Shown here: piece after piece, positions 28,811 to 41,081 of the stretch
How positions within the stretch are numbered: the first letter of the stretch is position 1
Layout of the letters: every line of letters starts with the position of its first letter
DNA from: Fimbriosthenelais zetlandica
Lineage: Eukaryota
Direction of reading: 5' to 3'
Assembly: GCA_977030845.1 (NCBI GenBank)
Contig: OZ365113.1
Coordinates: 16,926,001 to 16,990,000, forward strand
Length of the DNA stretch: 64,000 bases
Notes under the pieces: model-generated
The model's input: only the letters and a program-made list of their open reading frames with translations
Database searches by the model: none
Told to the model about the DNA's origin: nothing
Translations under genes and position numbers: made by a program

Positions 28811-31800
28811 GTTTATTGTGGAGAACTTTTCTTTCTGAAAGGTGTGACCAAAAAGGCAGCGGTACCTTTGGCAGTTACCTTCTGTTAAAGACTAAGTCGA
28901 AAACCCCACAGTAACCCTTCATTTAAAACAAACGTGCTACAGAAAGTTAAGCTATAGGAGTAAGTAGGAAGTCAAAGCACTTGTTTTCGAATAAACATAT
29001 TGTGTAGATGCTATCACAGCTGAAGAGGAAACGCCAATTGATAAACAGCAATGTGGAACCCAATGGTCCCCAAGTGACTTTTACTGTGGAAATAGCTAAG
29101 CTATTCCAGGAACTGCGCTTGGAGAACTTCCTCTGGCATGCCCTGCCAGAGACCGCTTGGTCTACTTCCAGACTCCGGATGTGCAGAGTTTGCTGTCTAT
29201 CCATGCAGAAAATAAAGGAAATGACGGTCAATGACAAAATAGCGAGCTTCTGTTTGTCTGACCTTAGAAATAGCGGGTAGCATTGACAATCTTGTTATTG
29301 GTGAGCGTCATGTCATTTACAATCTCTGTGACACAGAGGTCCCAGGAGAGGGCTTCAATGTGACAGCTTCATGTTTCAGGGTCTAAACAGCTTCATCATG
29401 CCACCACTGACTGGCACGTTTTAGGCCATACAGAACTAAAAACAGTTCCATGGATTAAAAATAATCCCTGACTATGACCTTCTATACTTAGTGTCCTGGG
29501 GCCAATTATAGGAAAGTCATTTCTCAAGGATTATATATTCCATCAGCCAAATTAGAATGTCAATGCGTCATAAGTATGCTATAATTAAATTAATAGAATC
29601 CTAAAGTAAAATGTGTCCCTTCACAGTGGGATACATCTGTAAAGTAGAGGTAATATTGAACTAGGCAGGGTATTTCAAAGGCAAACACGAAGTGCTCGAA
29701 TGTGTGAGAGTACTCAGAAACTGGGTCGAGAAAAAGACATCTTTCATTACCAACAACAAGCCTTGTCAAATAGGACACTTTCCTCTGTGTCTGAGTACTT
29801 TACTGAAACTAGGCCTTAAGTTGCGATTGAGGAAGAACCTATTTATCTGAAATCGTTAAATCCAGTGGTCTGTAACCAGCATGGGCCCCGATTTGTAGGA
29901 CATGGCTCTGCAGCCACCTCACCAGGCCTAGTGTACTCTAACATACTTTTTCATTATCCCACGCTTGAGCCCACACATCAGCAAGTGGCCATACTCCACC
30001 CAGATTTAATTGATTGCCAGAGTCTGTCAACAACAGAAAAGTCTATGTAGAGAATGAAGAGTTTCAGGTCAGGTTTCTTACAGAGAGAGCGTCAGGAAAG
30101 GTCAGTGTTTGGTTAAGTATTATGAGGGAGAACATCTGTTTGGAGTAGACACTTGTCAGCAAATGAAAATTACCACATTTTACTTTTATAGAATACAGAT
30201 TTCACAGCAAGAATATATGGTACATTCATTCAATTAATCTCTGAACTCGGCTGTACATCCCAAAACAATTACACCATTTTGTTCTTCTTATCAAATTCTC
30301 ATCAAACTCATCAATACATTTTCAAGCCATACAAATGCAGCCCTCTGGTCGTTATAATATTAAGAAGAATTATTTAAGCAGACATAAAGGTTCAGAGTCC
30401 TAGGATTCTGTGATCGGTATCTGAACAGATTATGAGTGCCTCCTACAATGTCGGCGGAGCGACTGCAGCCTCCAGTAATCCGCTTGCTTCCCATCACGCA
30501 AATACTAGCACCCACCACTTCAAATGCAGCCAAGCGAGCAATTAGCATAATCTGCATAGATTTGTACTGTAATCAATACACCTGATGTGGAAAAAAGGAG
30601 TTGGACAGCTGAGTCCTCTCCCTTTAGCTGCTCGTAGGTTGTTCGTCTTTTCCTAATGGGAAAGACCTAATACACTGTTAGAAGCAACTCTCAGTTGGTA
30701 CGCATTAACTATTGATAGTTAATGTATACATCAGGAAGCTCTTCTCTTATCAGAGTTTCCTGAGGACATGCGGACCGAAGACATCAAAGAAAATCTTGTC
30801 CTTATAATTTGCTAAACAGAGACTTCCACAGTCCTGGTAAGTTTGGTCCCAACTCCCCTTTAACCATACCAGGATCTGGCTTACTAATATTCTTACCAAT
30901 GTATAGGAGTCATGCTCTGCCATAGCCTTTTACTACAGGCAAATATTGAACATACGGTGCTGGTATTTGAAGCGATTAATACCGAAGGCGGAATCCTTCA
31001 TTAGCAGGGCAATCCATGCTGCCTACCAGGCCTGCTTTGATGTGATGGCTATATCAGGAACACAGGGGAGACACTGACGCCACACCGGAAAATGCCTGCT
31101 TGACTTTAAAGTACACACATCCTTGAGCCTGTCTGGCTGAATAGGGGGCTTCCCAAAAAATGAAAGATAGTTTCTCAGATCTCATAGTGTTTTATACCAG
31201 GGAGAATAAATGCCTTTGATGGTGACTAAAGTGGCTGCCTAGCAAGGAAAGGATAAACAAAAGGGATGTCTACCGAGGTTAGCCTCAGGCTGCGTACCGC
31301 AAGGCCCACAGAGCCCAAGAAATCACAGCTTCTATGGGTTCCGAAATCCCATAATAATAACTGACTGACAACCTTCTTACAGCACAAGGTAATATGAGAA
31401 ACAATACCACATTTTAAGGCTAAAGGGCCAAGAGAGCCACAAGCAGAAATCGGTCATCATTGATAAGCAAAAACTTTGGTCATTCAAGGCTTTTCCCTCG
31501 TGGTTTACATTTGTTTCACGTGAGTCGATTCAGAAAGAAGAAAAGACCGAGAAGAAAGCATATGTATACACGCATCAGATCCAACATGCAGCACCACATC
31601 TATTAGCAAAAGATCTCATTCATCAAGACCGCTTTCATGTTAAATATCAGCAAGGGCAGGGGTTGCCACAGAGAACCTATGGGGTCATTTCTCGTGGTTA
31701 GGCTGAGAAGATGGCCAACAAGTGACCCAGCAGAATTACTATAAGATATAGCTAAGACAAAACCTGGTGAGCCTTCTAAAGGTTTTTGAGTGCGTGTGAC

Positions 31801-31983
31801 AGGGACTCATGGTCTCGGGTCGGTCGTGATTAAATAAATGTCCTCAACCACAGTCCATCTAATGAATCTCTGGGCTCCCTGTGGTAATCAACTTACCTAA
31901 TTAGGTCAGCCACTAATGAGATGATCCTGAACCCGGACACATAAGTACCTGCAGCAAATGAGCGCAAAATGTACCAGAAGGGT

Positions 31984-32129
31984 TAATGCAGCATACGTCT
32001 CCTGGTAAAATCTTCGATAGTCATTAGTAGACTGTCGCTAAATTTGGAAGTACTCAGGTCATCAGCATACTTAATGAAGGCTGCTTCACTTTTCCCTGCA
32101 AATTCAACATCATTTAACCCAGGCAAACC
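31984..32129 (-). mobile_element. Decayed non-LTR retrotransposon RT fragment (L2/CR1-like)
   Basis: The minus frame reads GLPGLNDVEFAGKSEAAFIKYADDLSTSKFSDSLLMTIEDFTRRRMLH*, with the RT catalytic YADD at 32069-32058 in a plausible ND...YADD context. Confidence 0.5.
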
Positions 32130-35100
32130 TAAATAACATACCCTGCTCTCAGGATTTCAGCTCTGTAGTTTCGACCCTGAAACCTAACAAGGTTGTAAGG
32201 TCCTGGAATGCAAAATTAGAGCGGTTAATCCATGAAGCCTCCTCTGCAAACTAAATCCTCAATGTAGGTGTTGCCATGCCATTAGTACGCATATCAGAAA
32301 GAGTGCTCATCCATATGTGTACTCAATATGCTCATGGATGTGAGAGCAAAGGGGAAGGGGAGAGAGCCAGGTCAAATATCAAGTCCACAAAGTGCAACCT
32401 ACACCTAAAAGCAATCGTTGGGACTGGGCCTGCCAAACATCTGACACGTTTTCCTCAATATTGTATATTAAACCTCTGGCCCATGGAGCCTTACTTCTGA
32501 CGTTGGAAGGAAAGCAGGAGGGGTGCTGTAGATAGAAGTAATTCCCTGGGAGAAGGGCAGCAGAGGGGTCAGCTTGCGGGAGGCCTTCTGACGCTTCATT
32601 CCGGCCTTGTCACGTAGCCAGCCTGGACCAGAAGGGGTGACCTTAATACTGTGTGAGTAACTAGACCTGACACACTCTGCACAGCCAGCACTTGCTGGGC
32701 CCAAGACCAAGGGAAGGTCGCCCTAACAATAGCATTCTGTTGGCAAAGGGTCAAAACTGGCAGAAACTGGGATCTCTCTGGATGGTTTGGTTCATAAAAT
32801 TTCAATATAGTTTTATATCATGAATACCAGGAGTTCATATCATACCCGTAGTTACGAGAGAGATTAATATTGGATCCCTGTGAGGCTTCATGATCAGGTC
32901 TCCAATTAAGTTGATTCCTCTTTAATGTGGGGTGCTAGGAATATAACACCGAACCCTTCATATTTCCAGCGTTAAACCTCCTTGCTGTATTTCCGCTATT
33001 ACCAAGAACAGGCACATTTTCACAATACAAAAAATGTTATGATTTATCATCTCTTATCTTAAAGAGACAGAATTGAATGGAATTCCAACGATTTTCCCTT
33101 CAAGGAATATCAAATCAATCATTGTGAGTGGCATAACCAATGGCAGCTTAGGAGCAGTCATCTGCCACAGGCCATTCAGAAGACTCGTTACAATACATTG
33201 TTTCGTTTGGCATGGCTACACGCTGCTAGGCTCAGCCTGTGATAGATTATTAAGGGGTCTCACCGAGTCCTCTGGTCACTGCTAGATGGCCTGTTTGATA
33301 GATGTGGTCAGGGCTTAAAGTGGGAGCATGAGGGGATGTTACAGCACCAACTCTGCCTGTATAATGCTGCCCAGGCCTCCAAGGTCCCGACACCTAAAGC
33401 ACTTAGACAAAGCTTTTGCTCCTATTCCAGCTTAGAAAAAGCTTAGATTTAGCTCTAAGGGCAGGTCATGTCCACATTTGTTTTAAAACGGAGGAGGGGG
33501 ACAACGAAAGGGTTGCATGAGTGGACTTCCAAGTGCTTTATCACAGAGCAAGAGTGTTTAGTCTCAAGGACTACTGAAAAACAATACCATAAATCATTAT
33601 GCTCATATATTGAAGCGAAAAAGTCCTGGTAGATCTGCAGGATGTTTTAGATTGCCTGTGAGTTCAGAAGCTCTATTATCAAAAGGGGCATGAATCAAGC
33701 ATTAATCTCAAGAACCATCATCTGCATCCCGATACCCATAAGGCCCTCAGAATAAAGCAACATAAATTTGACTGCGGAGGAATAATTTTCTTGTGTAAGA
33801 TCTACAAGGATATCTCCTGCAATAAGACCAATTACCACCTAGAGTGACGCTACACATTCCAGGTTTTTCCCTTTCCTTCGCTTTCCATTGCACATCCCTG
33901 AGGCCCAACCAATCAATCTGCTCTGGGGGACTGTTGCAGTCATGACACGAGATCTGCACACGTAAATAAAGAATGATGTGCCATGCCACCAGCAGGCCAG
34001 CATCGCGTACGCATTTGGAGTCCAGGTCAACAGCAGAAGCAGTAGAACACTAAGAGCGCCACAATTCCTGTGTGAACCACAAAGGCCCATTAATGTCAGA
34101 TTTATTGCCTTGCATATGTATCATAAGGGGGCAATAGCATGGGACACAGGCTGCTGGCAGAGAGGCATGGAGCCTGTAGCAAGGGACATATTGTTATATT
34201 GCCTCTCAACGGGGCCTGAACCTCCTGGGGTGATACGAGGAGATCTGAGGTTACTCTCATTGTTGGCTACCTCATGAAAGAAATACATACTATTATAATT
34301 ATTCATTGGGGTGTTCCATATCAGACAGTGCATCTACAAAGGAACTGTATTACAATATTATGCCAGCTTATTCCAACGGTGACACATGTCTGGATGCAAA
34401 AACTCAAAGTAACAAAGTAACTTTGTACTACACAACAATTCTGAAGTTGTATTTCTGTTCCAATACAGATTATTGCACGTGGAGCAAAGGAGACACTTGA
34501 TGCGATGACCACATTAGCTTCTCATGTACATACAATGAGCCGGTTCCCAATAGTTCTGCTCATATTGGCCCATTTCCCTAGGTACACATCTTCAGGGACC
34601 GAGTGGTAGAAAGCCGGGCTGGTCGAGGGTCGGCAGTATTGATGGAAGGCACCGTTGACAAGTCTGTGGGTGGGCTGGGGTGGTAATACTTTATTGACAC
34701 TACTGACTGGGCCAGGCTCGATGCCCCATGTCCAACACTTCCATAAATAAAACAGCCAGAGCAAGCTTAGTCCTTGTAATATTAAGGTGACCGACCTCCC
34801 AGCCAGCTCATCAGGTTGGCATATACTGAGTAGACTCCTAAAACATTTCTTGCATTCAACAGAAGCACATGAATCATTTCATAACACGATTTCTCCATTT
34901 AATCTTCCCTCTGTTAGACCATCTTTATTCATGAATTCAGTTCGTCCAGAGTATATATGAGCCAGGATTCTACAGTTGAATATCGTTCTGACTTGGTTCA
35001 TCCAACAGCACTCATTCAAAGAGGGCCACAAGTGCTCTTCAGAAAAGGATGGTCTCTATCTGCCCTACATTGGGCTACAATAACACTACTTCAGCACATA

Positions 35101-37264
35101 ATCAATAAACCATTATGAATCGAAGCTAGCCACCAGATATACCGCTCCCAAAAGAGTTCTGCCTTCCAAAGATGATGTTTCTGCTTCTTCTTTGTGTAAG
35201 GAAACCTAGCGAGTCTGAGCCAATCAGTAAGTTCAAGAATACCTCACAATCCAATTTCCCTCCATGAGGATTTCTCAAAGACTCATGAGAAAGAGCGAGC
35301 AGCTGTACAAATAGGCTCAGTGGATCCCTCCCTTTGCCAAGACACATACCATCTAATTCCATTGAAACTTCTAATAGGCACATCCACAGTGTAACCTCCA
35401 GGAATGGTTCAGGATGGAGAGATACGCTGGCAAGGCTTTACTGGCAAGGTATTGCCAAGAGCCAAGACTAACAGTCTCCCAAGCAACTCGAAACACATGA
35501 ACAGCGAGGCGAATCGCCAGAAATCAAACATCGAAATAGATCATCCCACGATCTGAAATATATATATGTAGACTGTAGAAGCCCTACCAATAGTAACACC
35601 AATGATTGAGCAATTCAATGCTGCAAGGAGTCCATCTCCTTTAAATACATCAGGAGAAAGGACTAAGAAGTAAGATTTATATCCCAATTTATAGGGACAC
35701 CCATCAGCAGAAGGATAACAAATACGTGAAGTATGATGTGGCATCATATCGGCAGCCAATGTACAGACATATAAGTAGTAATTCTATCAATGATTTACTG
35801 GTTAGCCTTGATGGGCCTATAGCTCAGTGGTGCTCAGCAAGCATGCCTGCTTGGTTTTTGTACCATAGTATATATATGAGAGCTAATCAAGCATATCACT
35901 AATGGCATTTAAACGAAGGGGGATATTACACAGTCGACCACACATCAATCCACATACAGAAAGGAAGTCTTTTAGCACAGTCTATGATAGACTATAAAGC
36001 ATATTCCATCTTCAGTATGGAGCTTAGAAACATTGATGGCAAACATGTTTCCAACAAAGTAAACCCATTCTGAATTTAATATGAACCTGGCGTGGAATAA
36101 AAAGCAAATGCAAAGCCCTCAAACGAGAGAGAACTTTCCACATTATAGGAGCCATAGTTTCTTATGGCACTTATGATACTGAAGAGTCTTTAGGCTTCAC
36201 AATGCCTTTTAATATTACACAGGGGAACTTGGTGCAGCTTTACTGATGTTCCGATGCAGCATAATCACAATGATTTGTTCGGTGCAAGTAGGAGTTACTT
36301 GGCTCGCTTTCGCATGACAAAAAGGTCTTTATTTGTGCAGAGTGAAGGGTGCTGAGATTGCGGTTGTAAACGCTAGCTTGCTGAAGTGTATTTTCAGGTA
36401 ATTATAAGACATGCTGATTGCATGTACTCGATGATCCTCAATAACAAACACTGGCGAGCAGAGGAGGAGCTCATCTACTAACGATATTAAAGTTCATGAG
36501 TAAGTTCGTACTGCAAGGTACTTAACAGGACAAAAACACTTGGCGAATAGTCAGAGGCAAGATGAATATGGATTAATCTTGGGACTAAGAAGTCTCACCT
36601 CTACTCTTGAGTAGAATGTGCAGAAAGATTTTTTTTCTTTTCACACACTAAATGTTAATTGACCTGAGAAAATGGGAACAGGGCACGGGATTCAGAGCTT
36701 TCATGACAAGGTGTTAGGTCAAACAGCGGTTACACAGGTGTCAGCTTCACATACTAAAAACCTCCCAAAGCAATAGATACAATGTTATTACGGTCCAGCG
36801 TAGGGAGTAGATGCAATAAACGAAGTCTCTTCTTTTGCTTTCGCTTCCTTCCATGCCATACTAGGCTTGCCAGGCCTGGGGATTGTCGAGAGGACAAATG
36901 AAGTCTCACAGATGATTCCTTAGAGCCCACATCTTGTGCCAAGCCTGGGGACACAGTGCACAGGAAATATCACTTCTGTCACGAAGGAGCCTCAGGCTCT
37001 AGAAGTATGATTGCCACAACATAAACCACCAGCACAGTTGTTTATGTGCAAGGAGAGGACCATGTTCTTACTCTCATAATGTCACGCAAAACGTGGGGTT
37101 ACCGTGACAGGCTGCTATTGCCCTTTTACGCCGCTCTGCTCTCACAGTAAACCCTAATGGTCCTTGCCTGAAGCACGGGGACATCGTTCTGATCCATGAC
37201 CTTTCCCATGATGCCTTAGGTCGGCTTGCTCCCAGTAGTCGAGCTTTTATGTGAATATATAGAG

Positions 37265-37360
37265 CCCTACCAGACAATACTTGCCAGAGGTGTTCACTCA
37301 AGAGAAGGAACAAGCTCCCTTGTACTACTAGATAAGTACCAGAAACTCCATTCACACAGG
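37265..37360 (-). mobile_element. Decayed non-LTR RT fragment (motif B region)
   Basis: CVNGVSGTYLVVQGSLFLLLSEHLWQVL resembles VNG..S....GVPQGS.LGPLLFL.YINDL with deletions. Confidence 0.3.
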
Positions 37361-40300
37361 TCCCCAAAGCAGACAAGTCATACCCGAATTGAATTCAAGG
37401 GGAATGTTTTGGAATACAAAATCTATTGCCTCGCAGCCTCCTATACATATATACATATGGACTTGCTGATGAGGAATGTAGGCCGATGGCAGTCAAATCA
37501 GGGGTGTTTTTTTTAACTTAACTCTGTTATATCAGGCTACAGAGAAGCACACTGCATGAGCTAATGTGACAAGACCCCGAGAGACTTGTTTTCTATTCTG
37601 GCAGCAATATCCTGAATCTTGTCCCCGGGAAAAGGGGACGCATTAAAAAAACATCACTGAAAGCTTTCCATCAAACAGGAGCTTTGGTGTAGGGGAGGAG
37701 CCTGATAATTTTGAGCCAGAGACATTTGTATCTAGCCCTAGCTTAGCGAGCAAACACTGGCCATCCACTTTTTCACCAGTTGCTCGGGGCAGGCAGGCCT
37801 TTCATCGCAAAACATCCTCTAGCCCGGAGCAGCCTTGGGACGTATCGCTCTTTTAAGCGAATGATAGCAGCCAGCCGTTGACAGGTGGTTGGCTCAAATT
37901 GACCGTTTGATCTTAATGCAGGGCCTTGCTGTCAATCAGTTACAGCAAACTCAGCTTTATGTGAGGGCCTGTGAGAGAGCCAAGGCAGTACTTTTAGTCT
38001 TACAGTCTTTTACTAGATCTGGCTCAAGGAGAGAACAGTCCTCGGAACACCCTGCAGGCTAATTTGCTAAAGTTCTCCTGGTACCATGCTGTGGTCTCAA
38101 CGATGCCATTTCACACTCTTCAGGAAATGCTAAGGAGATGGATGTCTTGATGTTTTGGCTTCGGTGCTAATGCTTTTGCCAAAGGCAGACTCGCACTGGA
38201 TAATTAAAGTAGAATTGAAGGGAGGTGTTAGCGATTTCCATTTCTGGGATATCAAATGTCAGTGGAAATCCCCTATGCCAGATCATTCCATACTTGATGG
38301 AAATGGATTAGTCTTCACAAAAATCTTTCTGATTAAAGAAGGCTTATGATGATAAATTCCAATGGTTCTAGGAAGTAGTGAAATGTAATACATTGTCAGG
38401 CTGAGTGCTTGGAGACATCAGAGGGCTTTTACGTTTCCTACATATATAACTTGAGTATGTACATGATAAAGGCTGGAGGAAAAAATGAAGAATAATAAAT
38501 CATTTTTCAAAACCCGCAGGATAAGTAGGCCTCAGGTCCAATTCAGATCTTTATCATGTATCACACAGGAGGCTGAGGAATAAAAAGCACACCCTGGCCC
38601 GGGGTTATATTACTATATTCATGCAGGTCTGCCAGCCCTGCTATAAAACCTGCAGCATTCATCGTGTTAATATTCTAGAAAATTATCACCACCATTAACG
38701 TCAAACTCTCGTATAGTAAATCAAACTATGAAACACGAGGAAAAATGTCAGGGGTGGATGCTCCCATAAATAAGAACATACAAAAGAACATTAAAAAATG
38801 AGCCAGCTAATATAACCACACACTCCTGGATATTTGACTCCCCCATCCAGTTACTTGTCATATTTTCAGTGATATAAAATCTAACATATATCAACACCAT
38901 GCACAAAAACTATTTTTCCTATTAGTAAATAGGTTACTTAACATATAATATTACAGAAATACTATAATAAAATGTGAACCGCAAACTTATGCTAGCCATT
39001 TTCTGGCTTTCAACATTACAAAAAAACTCGATATCAACCCAGCTTCCATTCCCGATATTTCATGATCTTTGCACGCTAGATGCCCCTGGTTATGTTCCAG
39101 GCAAATAATGGCCAAGCCCATGCAATCTTATCCAATTTATGAAATTGAATCCTATAGATTAGACTGTCCCAATCTAGACTGCCCATCATGTGCACGCATA
39201 CTCATAAATCTACATCATAGTGGACGTCTCACAATGATTAGTGGAAAATCAATGCCCTTAATGTGCCTTGGGGGCTTTCTTCCAACTCTCATTCAAAGGG
39301 GTCAAGACACGAATGTTGGAAAAGTTACAAAAGAGATTTATAATGCAACCTCTTATATTCTGGAATGCTCCTAATAATAATATAGGAAGGATCAATAGAG
39401 ATCTACGCTCCAAGAGTAAAGGCTTTTCGTAACATCTCTTCACTATCGATCATATGCTGTTCGATCCTTGCCATATTTGCTCAGTGGAGATGACTTTCCC
39501 TAGTCACACTCCCCACATAAACAGATTACATGCACACACAGGGTGTAAACAATGCCTTTGTTACATCATTGATTGCCGATAAATGAATTCTGCCTTACGC
39601 CTAATACCTCTTGTTTATTCTTGCAGGGCCCACGATGGGATGTGGATGGAAACTCCTTCATGAGGCATAAAATATTTCAACTCATCCATAAGGGAACGAA
39701 GATAAAAACAGCTTTGCCTGGCAGAGTTAATATGTTTGGCTATTGCCCATTGCCAAGATAGAGGATTGAGATACATACATGCTGTATGTAATGGACATAG
39801 AAAACAGGGAACTTCTTGATGTATATATCTTTCAGCAAGGGATACCCAATATCAGCCAAGCAATAATGAATATCTAGATTGATCTCACAGAAGCTTCGAT
39901 TATTCATGATTTTTCTCTTCACGGAAAGGGGGAGAGATACATTTGGAATGTGGATGGATCTTGGATATAGGGGTGGATGACAAGGGCTGATACCATGAAT
40001 CAATTCCCATAACAAGTGTAAACACTCGCCAGCATCTCCTCAAAAAAAATACTCTCAACTCGACAAGCACATCTCCACACAGACAGACTACTTCCAACTC
40101 CACAGAGATTCATTTTAGATTGGAGAGCCAGCAAGAGAAGTAAATGAGGGGGGAAAAAGAACCCTCACCCTCAATGGGACATGTTTTGAAAATTAATGTC
40201 ACCCCATGGGAATCGATAGAACAGAGAGATACTGCTGGATCCCATCTTGGGAGGAAATGATATTTCAGTGGAGGAGTTGTCACTGGTGAGGTTTTGCTGA

Positions 40301-41081
40301 TTGATTAGGAGCCGTGGTGGTGTGCCTGCCAATGAGGCACGTGGAGAAGATTGCGGATACGTCTCCAACAGGGCTCCAGTCAATTGTCTGCAATTGGTGA
40401 CTGGCTGCTGACTAGTGAAGCCTTGTACCACGGGGAGGTGTTAGTTATTAGCGATTCCAAGCACACATACGTGTTTTTTGTTCCATCTGAAGCAGGGTCC
40501 GTGTCAGACTGATCCTCTGGATCTTCCGGATCCCTGGGGACTTGCCAGGCATTGAGATGCACTGCGGTGGATCCCACACGGCGTGAATGACGTGTCGCGA
40601 ATGCCACACCCGAGTCTATCCTACATCATACATACAGATTCAGGGAGAGAAAAAGGAGCGGCGTGATGGAGCAATATCCAATTTATCCATGATTTATCAT
40701 CACGATATCCATTAATCCAGATCATACAATAAAGGTTAGCACCCCGGGGTATGGGAAAATAAATATATCACGTTTATACTCCAAGATAGTCCAGCATCTG
40801 AATTTCTGAACCTCGCCCCAGTCTCACCTAGTGTCAAATATCTCACACACTGATCAAAATCAGGACCCACTGGGAAATCAGGATGATAAAGACTGGTCCC
40901 ATGGCTGGTCTGTAACTAAATTCCATGGTCGAAAAGGAAAGGGTGCTCATCTGGGTCGGATTTCTTTTATCTGAAGACTGGGGCTAATCAAAGGAAATGA
41001 AGGGAAAAAGCTTTCCTTTTACAGCTGACAGGAGAATATTAGGGGAGGAAAATTAATAGTGAAGCAGCGTAAGAAGTGGCA

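Noticed and set aside
34660-34730. tRNA B-box-like GGCTCGATGCCC
   Set aside because: No cloverleaf can be formed; probably a decayed SINE, too weak to call.
35813-35860. tRNA-like 5' end GGGCCTATAGCTCAGTGGT
   Set aside because: No B-box/T-arm or acceptor-stem partner follows; at most a SINE head relic.
1-41000. Unistrand piRNA-cluster (flamenco-like) or large endogenous virus interpretation
   Set aside because: The recognisable relics occur on both strands (e.g. minus at 17.2, 32.0 and 37.3 kb; plus at 28.0 and 28.7 kb), are too decayed, and no viral hallmark ORF is visible.
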